From: Anaerolineae bacterium
Lineage (GTDB): Bacteria; Chloroflexota; Anaerolineae; B4-G1; SLSP01
Reading direction: 5' to 3'
Length of the DNA stretch: 64,000 nt
Assembly: GCA_049975205.1 (NCBI GenBank)
Contig: JBNGDL010000002.1
Span: forward strand, 132,498 to 196,497
Shown in pieces: positions 43,122 through 55,646 of the stretch (position 1 is its first letter; each line of letters opens with the position of its first letter). A program made the position numbers and the translations under genes. The notes beneath the pieces are model-generated. The model made no database searches and was not told the origin of the DNA. It saw only the letters and a list, made by a program, of their open reading frames with translations.

Positions 43122-43294
43122 TATCTGATCCTCTTCTGCTATCACGGCTCGAGAGGCTTAGCTTGGGGAAGCTCGAGCGCTGCCACGGGGCACAGGATAG
43201 CATCGGATCAGGATAGTCAATCTATTGAGACAGGCAGACGCTTTACGAACTTTCTGCGAGGGGTTCATTCCTCGCAGGTTCAGCGCTGCCTGTC
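43122..43294 (+). promoter_or_regulatory. Candidate structured RNA element (nested helices) between P1 and P2
   Basis: First domain: CTGATCC 43125-43131 pairs with GGATCAG 43205-43211, TGCTATC 43137-43143 with GATAGCA 43196-43202, and GCTCGAG 43147-43153 with CTCGAGC 43172-43178. Second domain: GACAGGCAG 43229-43237 pairs with CTGCCTGTC 43286-43294, enclosing CTGCGAGG 43254-43261 paired with CCTCGCAG 43270-43277. Confidence 0.35.
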
Positions 43295-43302
43295 GATTGT
43301 TG

Positions 43303-43330
43303 TTGACTTTTGAAGAACATTGGCTATAAT
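43303..43330 (+). promoter_or_regulatory. Candidate promoter P2 of rpoC
   Basis: TTGACT (43303-43308), a 16-nt spacer and TATAAT (43325-43330). Confidence 0.55.
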
Positions 43331-43365
43331 AACTCGACTTGTCTCGATGGCAGATCTATGGGTCA

Positions 43366-43404
43366 GAGAGCACTGAGTTGACCTTGACTCAGACGCTCTT
43401 TTTA
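43366..43404 (+). terminator. Candidate leader hairpin + T5 (attenuator-like) upstream of rpoC
   Basis: CTGAGT (43373-43378) pairs with ACTCAG (43387-43392). An outer GAG/CTC pair follows, then TTTTT (43399-43403). The stem is short. Confidence 0.3.
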
Positions 43405-43448
43405 TCTCTTAGGGGCGTTTAGGACCGATCCACTTGGGGGGAGGAAGA

Positions 43449-47768
<4,320 letters not shown>

Positions 47769-47788
47769 CCTGTTTGTGTGGTGAATCA

Positions 47789-47820
47789 GAGGGCGACCCC
47801 TAATCAGGGTCGCCCTTTTC
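47789..47820 (+). terminator. Rho-independent terminator after rpoC
   Basis: AGGGCGACCC (47789-47798) pairs with GGGTCGCCCT (47806-47815). The hairpin is followed by TTTTCT. Confidence 0.8.
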
Positions 47821-47994
47821 TGTGCAACCCAAACGACCCGATTGCGTATAGAATAGTGACTTAAGGCTCGCCGTCTATGTCTGGTTCATGGCAATCGTGT
47901 GTCAGAAGGCAGGTCTGTGTCTCTTGAGTTGTGGCGGGTACACCTAGAGGGGGCAGGAATCGGTGCCAGTTGGGCACCGGTCACCTGAATCGGG

Positions 47995-48558
47995 TTGGAG
48001 GCAATGGAACGAGAGCTTTTTCGTTTGGCTCAAGCGGGTGATGAGAGCGCGATCACCGAGCTGGTCGAGACCTATCAACGGAGTGTCTTTGGTGTCTGCT
48101 ACAGGATGTTAGGTGAAGCCACGGAAGCCGAAGATGCCACGCAGGAAGCCCTGGTCAAGGCGGTGACGAACTTGCACTCCTACGATATCGATCGCCCGTT
48201 TAAGCCGTGGTTGCTGCGCATTGCTTCGAACGAGTGCATTGACCGCATTCGGCGTCGGAAAGATCCCCTTTCTTTGGATGGCCTTGGCGAAGATGGTGCC
48301 TGGGAGTGGAAGCCCGGTGATAGTCCCAATCCGGAGTCGGAGCTCTTGCGCCGAGAGCAGCATCAGAGGGTTCGGGATGTGCTGGATCACCTGAGCCCGA
48401 CCGATCGTGCGGTAGTGGCGCTCTTCTACTGGGAGGGCTTGTCCTATGCGGAGATCGAGGAGGTCACCGGCTTGACGATCTCCGCGATCAAGTCCAGGCT
48501 TTTTCGAGCCCGTCGCACGATGGCGGAGCTGTTGGTTCAGGAGGGATCGTATGCCTAA
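47995..48558 (+). CDS. ECF-type sigma-70 family factor
   Basis: Region 2 reads 'VFGVCYRMLGEATEAEDATQEALVKA..FKPWLLRIASNECIDRIRR' and region 4 reads 'LSPTDRAVVALFYWEGLSYAEIEEVTGLTISAIKSRLFRAR'. The start is either TTG 47995 or ATG 48004. Confidence 0.85.
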   Translation: MEAMERELFRLAQAGDESAITELVETYQRSVFGVCYRMLGEATEAEDATQEALVKAVTNLHSYDIDRPFKPWLLRIASNECIDRIRRRKDPLSLDGLGEDGAWEWKPGDSPNPESELLRREQHQRVRDVLDHLSPTDRAVVALFYWEGLSYAEIEEVTGLTISAIKSRLFRARRTMAELLVQEGSYA

Positions 48559-49159
48559 TAGGATGTCTGGAAATGAGCGGGGGAGGGTGCGACCTCTGCG
48601 GGATAGGCAGCGAGACGTTCTGCCTGATATGCACAGTGAAGCGTGGTGGATTCGCTTGACAGAAGATGATCTGACGGCGCAGGAGCGTGAGCTGTGGCAC
48701 GCTCATCTGCAGGAGTGTGAGGCTTGCCGTGCGGAGTGGGAGGCATTGGCGTATGTCGACGAGATCCTGCGCCAGGCGCCCACACCCCCGCCGCTTTCCC
48801 CGGGATTCACGGACGAGACAGTGATCAAGATCGTCCGAAGGCAGCGGCTCCATCGCCTGCTCACGTTTCTTGTCGGTGTCGTGATCGTGGCTGTCGTCTC
48901 GGCGATCATCCTTGGATACACGGGGTCTGTCTACGCCTCAGTGGGCCGGAGACTCGGCGCGATTGTGTCGGCGCGCCAGATGTTGTTCCAGTCGTTGGTT
49001 CAGACTTTCGTGGGTGTGATGCTAGCGTGGCGAACCGCGCTGCCCTTTATCTTGGGAGGTATCGCCTTAGCTTTCCTCTTGGTGATGCCCAATGGCCTGC
49101 TGATGACCGTGGCCCTTGTCTGGTTGACAAATCGGCAGCGATCGATGGCAGACGCCTAG
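48551..49159 (+). CDS. Membrane anti-sigma factor (zf-HC2-like)
   Basis: Its start overlaps the sigma gene stop by 8 nt. 'HAHLQECEACRAEWEAL' is the H-x3-C-x2-C motif. Three or four TM helices follow. Confidence 0.65.
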   Translation: MPNRMSGNERGRVRPLRDRQRDVLPDMHSEAWWIRLTEDDLTAQERELWHAHLQECEACRAEWEALAYVDEILRQAPTPPPLSPGFTDETVIKIVRRQRLHRLLTFLVGVVIVAVVSAIILGYTGSVYASVGRRLGAIVSARQMLFQSLVQTFVGVMLAWRTALPFILGGIALAFLLVMPNGLLMTVALVWLTNRQRSMADA

Positions 49160-49223
49160 GTGGGTCGTTGAGCAGTTCTCTGTCGCACGCCAGCGGGGCG
49201 GCGACTGAATCTGGAGGTATGGA

Positions 49224-50423
49224 ATGAAGAGACTACGCTTGTGCGTCCTGGTATTGGTCATGACGTTGCTGTTGGCTGCGCCTGTGCTTGCTGCGCCGGA
49301 GGGCCAGGGGAGCGGTGAAATTCACTTCGGGCCCTATACGCTCGGCGCTGGCAGCCGGGCCACGGGAGATCTGGTAGTCCTTGGCGGACCAGCTATGTTG
49401 CGCGAGGATTCGGAATTCGACGGCGATCTCACCGTCTTCGGGGCTTTGAAGGTGGACGAGGGAGCCACAGTTGACGGTCAAGTCGTCGTGATGGGGGAAG
49501 CAGACGTTGCAGGTGAGATCGTGGGTGACGTCTTCGCAGCCGGCTCCCTGGTGCTTCGGCAGACAGCGTACGTGAACGGTGACGTCACGTCGGCCGGCAC
49601 AATCGAGCAGGATCCGGGCGCCGTGATCGTCGGCGAGCTTCTGCCGTTTGCGGAAGGCGGTGGGTTCCGCTGGGAGGCGCCGGTGACCGTCCCCTTTGCC
49701 ATACCTCGCACCTGGGAGAGGAGCTTTCAGATCGATCAGACGCCACGATGGGTGCACTTTCTGTGGAGCATTGTGCGGGGGTTTGTCAGCGTCGTTATGC
49801 TCGGACTCCTTGCGCTCGTGATCGCAAGCTTGTGGCCCGTCCAGACTGAGAGAATCGGTCGAGTGATTGAGGAAGCACCGCTGACCGCCTTTGGGACCGG
49901 TCTCCTGTCACTGTTGGTGGCCACCGTGGTGGCCGTGTTGCTCACGCTCACCATCTGTCTCAGCCCCTTTGCGATCCTTGGTTTGATCATTGTTGGGATT
50001 GGTGTGCTTCTAGGGTGGGTTGCCTTGGGTCTGGTGCTGGCCCGTCGCGTGCTGGTCGGGGCGTTCAATCAACCCTCGCCCCGTCCGGCAGTGGCCGCGA
50101 TGCTGGGCACGGCCTTGATCACGTTGGTTCTGGCGCTTTCCCGTGTGTTTGGCGTGTTGCACACACTTCTGCTCTTGTTCCTTGTGCCACCGGCTGTTGG
50201 CGCTGTCGTCTTGACGCGTTTCGGCTCCATGCCGTATGCGACGCGAGGACCTTCTGAAACGCCTCCTCCTCCCGCACCTCGGGTCACAGAACCACCACGA
50301 CCAGGCGCCCGGTCTCCCAAGCGGGAGGAAGCCGAGCTGCCAGGGGAAGCAATGACGACGCTGTCCGGTTCCGAAGGCAACGCTAGTTCACCCGAACGAG
50401 ACGAGGACGCCGAAGCGGCCTAA
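49224..50423 (+). CDS. Secreted/membrane protein with bactofilin-like (polymer-forming, beta-helical) repeats, multi-TM region and Pro-rich tail
   Basis: The signal peptide is 'MKRLRLCVLVLVMTLLLAAPVLAAPEG'. The repeats 'GDLVVLGGPAMLREDSEFDGDLTVFGALKVDEGATVDGQVVVMGEADVAGEIVGDVFAAGSLVL..VNGDVTSAGTI' follow. About five TM helices come next, then 'PPPPAPRVTEPPRPG'. Confidence 0.55.
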   Translation: MKRLRLCVLVLVMTLLLAAPVLAAPEGQGSGEIHFGPYTLGAGSRATGDLVVLGGPAMLREDSEFDGDLTVFGALKVDEGATVDGQVVVMGEADVAGEIVGDVFAAGSLVLRQTAYVNGDVTSAGTIEQDPGAVIVGELLPFAEGGGFRWEAPVTVPFAIPRTWERSFQIDQTPRWVHFLWSIVRGFVSVVMLGLLALVIASLWPVQTERIGRVIEEAPLTAFGTGLLSLLVATVVAVLLTLTICLSPFAILGLIIVGIGVLLGWVALGLVLARRVLVGAFNQPSPRPAVAAMLGTALITLVLALSRVFGVLHTLLLLFLVPPAVGAVVLTRFGSMPYATRGPSETPPPPAPRVTEPPRPGARSPKREEAELPGEAMTTLSGSEGNASSPERDEDAEAA

Positions 50424-50451
50424 CACCTTGGTGGCGGACCTGGGTTCGCGT

Positions 50452-50490
50452 AGGAGCCGACGTCCACTCGACAGACGTCGGCTCCTTCTT
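50452..50490 (+). terminator. Terminator hairpin after the sigma/anti-sigma operon
   Basis: AGGAGCCGACGTC (50452-50464) pairs with GACGTCGGCTCCT (50474-50486). The hairpin is followed by TCTTGGTT. Confidence 0.65.
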
Positions 50491-50492
50491 GG

Positions 50493-50520
50493 TTGCAGGT
50501 CGGTCATGCTTAGCTATACT
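50493..50520 (+). promoter_or_regulatory. Candidate promoter of the ThiF/MoeB-like gene
   Basis: TTGCAG (50493-50498), a 16-nt spacer and TATACT (50515-50520). Confidence 0.4.
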
Positions 50521-50565
50521 AGGACTGTAGTTACGTTGTGACGGCTAGTCAGGATCAACGAGGGC

Positions 50566-51300
50566 TTGATGGAAAACCGTTATGAGCGCCAGCTTGTGAT
50601 ACCGGAGATCGGAGAATCGGGTCAGAAGCGCCTGCAGGACTCGCGGGTATTTGTTGTCGGAGCAGGAGGGCTGGGTTCGCCGATTCTGCTTTACTTAGCC
50701 GCTGCCGGGGTCGGTACGCTGGGCATCGCGGATAACGACAAGGTAAGCATCACCAACCTCAACCGACAGATTCTCTACACGACCGAGGAGGTCGGTCGGA
50801 GCAAGGCGGTGAATGCCGTCCAACGCGTTAGGGCGCTTAACCCTGAGGTCAAGGCTGTTCCTCACGAAGTGCGGGTATTGCGTGAGAATGGCTTGGCCTT
50901 GGTGCAGAAGTACGATCTTGTTGTAGAGGCCAGTGACAATCTCGAGACCAAGAACCTGATGAATGAGCTCTGTGTGGAGGCGGGCATTCCGCTTGTCTGG
51001 GGTGCTGTTGCCCGTTTCGAGGGCCAACTGGGGGCCTACATACCCGGACAGGCCTGCCGTGCATGCATCTTCCCCGAGGTCCCAGAGCCTGGGACCTACC
51101 CCTCACCAGCGGAGCTGGGCATCGTGGGGGCCGTGGCGGGCGTGATCGGTGCCTTGGAAGCTATGGAAGCCATCAAAATACTCCTGGACATCGGTGATAC
51201 GTTGGCAGACCGCCTGCTAATCTGGGACGGCCTTCGAAACTCGTTTGAGTTCGTCAACTTCTCGCGAGACCCCCAGTGCCCAGTCTGCAGCAAGGCGTAA
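50566..51300 (+). CDS. ThiF/MoeB/HesA family E1-like adenylyltransferase
   Basis: 'RYERQLVIPEIGESGQKRLQDSRVFVVGAGGLGSP' is the nucleotide-binding GxGxxG. 'DNDKVSITNLNRQILY' follows. Two CxxC pairs ('CRAC' and 'CPVC') are present. Confidence 0.8.
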   Translation: MMENRYERQLVIPEIGESGQKRLQDSRVFVVGAGGLGSPILLYLAAAGVGTLGIADNDKVSITNLNRQILYTTEEVGRSKAVNAVQRVRALNPEVKAVPHEVRVLRENGLALVQKYDLVVEASDNLETKNLMNELCVEAGIPLVWGAVARFEGQLGAYIPGQACRACIFPEVPEPGTYPSPAELGIVGAVAGVIGALEAMEAIKILLDIGDTLADRLLIWDGLRNSFEFVNFSRDPQCPVCSKA

Positions 51301-51344
51301 AGACGCGACAAGCGTTCTTGTCAATGGATGTGAAAGATAACTAC

Positions 51345-51370
51345 AACCGGACGGCGATTGCCGTCCGGTT
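51345..51370. terminator. Hairpin between convergent ThiF-like and proS genes
   Basis: AACCGGACGGC (51345-51355) pairs with GCCGTCCGGTT (51360-51370) around a GATT loop. A/T-rich sequence flanks both sides. Confidence 0.6.
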
Positions 51371-51390
51371 AGTTTATGCGTCTTGCTTGC

Positions 51391-52824
51391 TCAGTACGCC
51401 TTGCCGAAGATCGCGATTTCGGTCGCCGGTTTCCCGGTGAAGAAGCAGGTGCCGGTCCCGCCGGGCTGGGCGAGCGGGATGCAGCGCAGGGTGGCCTTGG
51501 TCTCATCTTTGACGCGGGCCTCGTCCTCGCTTGTGCCAGCCCACCAGACGCGCGCGAAACCTGCCTCCACCGCCTCCTTGAACTCGTCGTAGGTGTTGAC
51601 ATCGTGGGTGTTTCGGTCGCGGAAGTCAAGCGCTTTCTCGTAGATCGCCTGTTGCACCGTCTCGAGCATCGCAGGGATGCGGGTCTCGATCTCGGACATC
51701 GGGATTAGGGCTTTGCCCTCTCGTCCCGGCACATCCCGCCGGGCGAGCATCACATTCTGTTTGGCGATGTCTCGGGGACCAATCTCGATACGCAGGGGGA
51801 CCCCTCGCATCTCCCAGTCATTGAATTTCCACCCTGGTGAATAGCCTTCACGCTCGTCCAACTCGACGCGGACGAGGGGACTTAGGCGCGCCTTGATCTG
51901 CGTGGCTGCCGCCAGCACCTCTGTCTTCTCCTCGTCCTTGCGCCAGATTGGCACGATCACGACCTGGATGGGGGCGAGCCTGGGCGGCAGCACCAGCCCC
52001 TGATCGTCTCCATGGGTCATTACGACGGCACCCACCATGCGGGTGCTCACACCCCAGGACGTTGTCCAGGCGTACTGCAGCTCGTTGTTCTCATCGAGGT
52101 ATTGGATATCGAAGGCCTTGGCGAAGTTCTGGCCCAGAAAGTGGCTCGTGCCTGATTGCAGCGCCTTACCGTCCTTCATCATCGCCTCAATCGTGTAGCT
52201 TGAAACGGCGCCTGCGAACTTCTCGGTCTCGCTCTTGCGTCCCGCTATCACAGGAATAGCGGCTTCTTTGACAGCGAAGTCTGCATAGACGTCGAGCATA
52301 CGGAGGGTCTCGTCAACTGCTTCCTGCTCAGTGGCGTGAGCTGTATGGCCCTCCTGCCACAGGAACTCGGTCGTACGCAAGAATAGGCGGGTGCGCATTT
52401 CCCAGCGGACCACGTTGGCCCACTGGTTGATGAGGACAGGTAGGTCGCGATAGGACTGGATCCATTTTGCGTACGCATGGCCAATGATCGTCTCTGAGGT
52501 AGGGCGCACGACAAGGGGTTCCTCTAGCTCACTGCCTCCACCGTGGGTGACAACGGCTAACTCGGGGGAGAATCCTTCAACGTGATCGCTTTCCTTCTCC
52601 AGGAAACTCATAGGAATGAAGAGCGGAAAATAGGCGTTGACGTGGCCCGTCTCCTTGAAGCGCCGGTCTAGCTCCTCGCGAATGCGCTCCCAGAGGGTGT
52701 AGCCGTAAGGCTTGATGATCATGCACCCCCGAACCGGGGAGTAATCCGCGAGATCGGCCTTCTGCACGATCTCATTGTACCACTTGGAGAAGTCCTCATT
52801 TTGCGAAGTTAGAAAGTCTGCCAT
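51391..52824 (-). CDS. proS: Prolyl-tRNA synthetase, archaeal/eukaryotic-like type
   Basis: 'FSKWYNEIVQKADLADYSPVRGCMIIKPYGYTLWERI', 'FRDLPVLINQWANVVRWE' and 'TSHFLGQNFAKAF' are present. The 477-aa length and C-terminal Zn-like domain ending in 'FGKAY' match the short ProRS class that lacks the bacterial editing insertion. Confidence 0.9.
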   Translation of the reverse strand: MADFLTSQNEDFSKWYNEIVQKADLADYSPVRGCMIIKPYGYTLWERIREELDRRFKETGHVNAYFPLFIPMSFLEKESDHVEGFSPELAVVTHGGGSELEEPLVVRPTSETIIGHAYAKWIQSYRDLPVLINQWANVVRWEMRTRLFLRTTEFLWQEGHTAHATEQEAVDETLRMLDVYADFAVKEAAIPVIAGRKSETEKFAGAVSSYTIEAMMKDGKALQSGTSHFLGQNFAKAFDIQYLDENNELQYAWTTSWGVSTRMVGAVVMTHGDDQGLVLPPRLAPIQVVIVPIWRKDEEKTEVLAAATQIKARLSPLVRVELDEREGYSPGWKFNDWEMRGVPLRIEIGPRDIAKQNVMLARRDVPGREGKALIPMSEIETRIPAMLETVQQAIYEKALDFRDRNTHDVNTYDEFKEAVEAGFARVWWAGTSEDEARVKDETKATLRCIPLAQPGGTGTCFFTGKPATEIAIFGKAY

Positions 52825-52924
52825 AACCTGCCTCTTATCTAGGGTCTACTGTGAATGCTCTATCTCAAAGGTGTATCGTCACGCCGTCATGTCAGCACGG
52901 CATGCCGAGGTCAGCCAACAGATG

Positions 52925-53587
52925 CTAACAAACGTGCCTGACGGAAATCTCCTCTTCGGTCATATCGATGATACAGAGAGGATGGACATTGACAATATGC
53001 GTTCCCTGGTATCGGGTAAGCCATGCCTCGCGTCCGTAGCGATGGGTGTGCCCGTGAAGGAGCAGGCGTGGTCGATAGGTCTTGACCAGATCCCGGAAAG
53101 CCGAGAAGCCCTGATGCGCACCGGTGGGTTGATCGTGGATCCCCTTAGGGGGTGCGTGCGTGATTAGGATGTCAAGACGGCTCCCGTGGAGCGCGCGCTG
53201 TAGCAGCAACTGAGGCACCAAGCGCCCCGCGCGCCATCTCATCTGCCGCTGAGTGTACTGGTGGGGCGCGCCGGGCTGATACCTGATTGAACCCTCCAAG
53301 CCAGCTACTACCAAGTCAAGCTCTCGAACGTAGACGGCGCGGCGGTCGACATTCGTCCACCCGCCGGGAGCGTGCAGTGTCCGTTGCTCGCTCAGTCGCT
53401 GTGGTCGGTCGTGATTGCCGTGGACGAAGTAGGCGTGGCGCACGCGCGCCTGTGTCACAATGAACTCCATGTAGCTGTAGGGCAAGTCGCCGCACCCGAG
53501 CAGGAGGTCAATGTCGCCCATAACTCTCGTGAAGTCGGCCCGATACAAGGCGGTCATGACCTCATCGCTCATGGCTAGGATTCGCAC
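52925..53587 (-). CDS. Calcineurin-like metallophosphoesterase
   Basis: 'MRILAMSDE', 'GCGDLP', 'VHGNHD' and 'LLHGHTH' are present. Confidence 0.75.
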   Translation of the reverse strand: MRILAMSDEVMTALYRADFTRVMGDIDLLLGCGDLPYSYMEFIVTQARVRHAYFVHGNHDRPQRLSEQRTLHAPGGWTNVDRRAVYVRELDLVVAGLEGSIRYQPGAPHQYTQRQMRWRAGRLVPQLLLQRALHGSRLDILITHAPPKGIHDQPTGAHQGFSAFRDLVKTYRPRLLLHGHTHRYGREAWLTRYQGTHIVNVHPLCIIDMTEEEISVRHVC

Positions 53588-53637
53588 GCTATGTCACGCT
53601 CTCTATCATCTCACTCAGCCATACCGACTTCTGGATA

Positions 53638-53973
53638 TCACTTGTGCTGCGTTTGTGACGCCCGATTGCGCCCGAATCTCTCATAGTTGAGCCTCAGTTT
53701 CTCAAGGACGGCCTCTCCAAGATCCACCTCAAGGAGGTAGGCGAGTTGTAGCAGGTAAAGCATCACGTCCGCAAGCTCCTCGGAGATCGCATCCGGGTCG
53801 ACGTCGTCCCCCCACTGGAAGTGCTCCAAGACCTCCGCTGCCTCAAGGGAGAGCGAGATAGCGATGTTGCGTGGAGACTGCTTGAACTCCGAGTCGGGGC
53901 GGTACCAGCCCATGGCCTCGACAAAGGCGTTCATGGCGTCGGTGAGTTCGTCTACCGTCTTCGGATTGCTCAT
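53638..53973 (-). CDS. MazG-like nucleotide pyrophosphohydrolase (small all-alpha NTP-PPase)
   Basis: 'LSLEAAEVLEHFQW' and 'EELADVMLYLLQLA' form the EExxE...ExxD helix pair. It is 111 aa. Confidence 0.7.
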   Translation of the reverse strand: MSNPKTVDELTDAMNAFVEAMGWYRPDSEFKQSPRNIAISLSLEAAEVLEHFQWGDDVDPDAISEELADVMLYLLQLAYLLEVDLGEAVLEKLRLNYERFGRNRASQTQHK

Positions 53974-53997
53974 GGGATGCCTGGGTACGTCCTCACA

Positions 53998-55506
53998 CTA
54001 GCTGACCCAGTTCCGAAGGAGGTCCACGAGGAGCCTTACGCCGAACCCTGTTCCTCCCTTAGGTACGTACGGTCTTGCCTTTTCCGCGGTCTCGAGGCCG
54101 GCGATATCGATGTGAACCCATGGCGTCTCGTTGGGCACGAACCTGCTCAGGAAGAATCCAGCGGTGATCGCGCTCGCGGCTCGTCCACCTACGTTCTTTA
54201 GATCGGCAACGTCGCTCTCAAGGTGCTTGCCGTAGTCGTCGAAGAGCGGCAGGGGCCAGACGCGTTCGTGGGTCCGATCGCCGGCGCTTCGGAGGCGCTC
54301 GATCACGTCGTCGTCGCCCATCACGGCAGCGGCGTGGTCTCCCAACGCGATGATGCGACCGCCAGTCAAGGTGGCAACATCCACGATTGCGTCGGGCTCA
54401 AACTCACCGGCGTAGGTGAGGGCATCGGCCAAGATGAGCCGTCCCTCGGCGTCAGTGTTGATGATCTCGACGGTCAGCCCCTTCAGCGAGCGGACGACGT
54501 CACCCGGCTTTGTAGCCTTGGCGTCAGGCATATTCTCGGTCACCGGTGCCAGCCCCACCACGTGGAGGGGCAGGTCCAAGAGGGCAACAGCACGCATCGT
54601 CCCCAGGACCGCAGCGGCGCCTCCCATGTCGCCCTTCATTCGCTCCATACCCGCGCTGGGCTTCAGCGATATGCCCCCGGTGTCAAAGGTGATGCCCTTA
54701 CCCACGAGCACGATGGTAGGCAGGTCCTTCTCCTCGGGATGGTGCTCAAGGACGATGAGTTGCGCGGGGTTGTCACTCCCTTGGTTGACGCTCAACAGAA
54801 GCTCCATACCGAGGGTTTCCATCGTGGCTTTGTCGATCACTCGGCAGGTGAGTCCTGTCTTCGAGGCGATTTCCCTGGCGGTCTCTGCGATGTGATCGGG
54901 GGTGGCGATGTTGGCGGGTCTGTTGACCAGATCGCGAGCCACCATCGTGGCCTCTGCCAGGATGCGCCCGGCTCGTAGCCCCGCCTCAATCTGCGCTAGA
55001 CCCTCGGCAGAAGGCGTGACGATCACAAACCTCTCAGGGTCTGGCTTCTGTTCTTCCTTGTTTTCGGTCTTGAGCTCTGTGAAGCGATAAAGGCCGAGCA
55101 ACGCACCCTCGACCATCGCCTCGGCAGCCTGCTCTGGCATGACCTTGCCAGCTGGTCCGTTGATCACAAGCGCGTGTACGTTGGGAACCCTGAGTTGGCG
55201 GGCGGCGGTAGCCGCTGTCGCCATCGCTTCGCGAAGGGTGTCCTGAGTGAATGCCTCTTGTTTCCCCAGGCCAACGAGAAGAACCCGCTTGGGGGGGATG
55301 AGGCCGAAGGTCCTGATGACCAAAGTCTCATTCCGTTTGCCGCTGAAGTCACCATCGCTGAGTGCTGATTCGATCTCGTGATTGAGCGCGCTGTCTAGCT
55401 CCGCGAGCGTTCCCTCGAAGGGGGGCATCTCGTCCTCGAAAAGGCATAGGATGATCAGGGAGGTGTCCTGAGCCTGAATCTGTCCTATGACGGTACTGAT
55501 CTCCAT
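53998..55506 (-). CDS. pepA: Leucyl aminopeptidase (M17)
   Basis: 'VGKGITFDTGGISLKP', 'MKGDMGGAA' and 'NTDAEGRLILADAL' are present. Confidence 0.9.
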   Translation of the reverse strand: MEISTVIGQIQAQDTSLIILCLFEDEMPPFEGTLAELDSALNHEIESALSDGDFSGKRNETLVIRTFGLIPPKRVLLVGLGKQEAFTQDTLREAMATAATAARQLRVPNVHALVINGPAGKVMPEQAAEAMVEGALLGLYRFTELKTENKEEQKPDPERFVIVTPSAEGLAQIEAGLRAGRILAEATMVARDLVNRPANIATPDHIAETAREIASKTGLTCRVIDKATMETLGMELLLSVNQGSDNPAQLIVLEHHPEEKDLPTIVLVGKGITFDTGGISLKPSAGMERMKGDMGGAAAVLGTMRAVALLDLPLHVVGLAPVTENMPDAKATKPGDVVRSLKGLTVEIINTDAEGRLILADALTYAGEFEPDAIVDVATLTGGRIIALGDHAAAVMGDDDVIERLRSAGDRTHERVWPLPLFDDYGKHLESDVADLKNVGGRAASAITAGFFLSRFVPNETPWVHIDIAGLETAEKARPYVPKGGTGFGVRLLVDLLRNWVS

Positions 55507-55557
55507 GCATTGCCTCCATCTATGTTATACGCAGTCATGTGATTATACCATGGCTGT

Positions 55558-55585
55558 TTGGCGCTGCACTGGAGTATGCTATAGT
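55558..55585 (+). promoter_or_regulatory. Candidate promoter of the orphan kinase-like gene
   Basis: TTGGCG (55558-55563), a 16-nt spacer and TATAGT (55580-55585). Confidence 0.4.
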
Positions 55586-55646
55586 GGTGGCGTCGATAGG
55601 CGGTGCCCCTAGTAACCGCGGAGCTGAGCAAGAAGGAACCTGAGCT

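Noticed and set aside
43077-43313. 78-aa ORF in the rpoC upstream region
   Set aside because: It has no RBS and starts inside the P1 promoter. Its sequence is implausible. The region is better explained by promoters plus RNA helices.
52825-52924. T-box leader upstream of proS
   Set aside because: Only about 100 nt are available. No specifier-loop or T-box consensus sequence is recognisable, and the hairpins are short.
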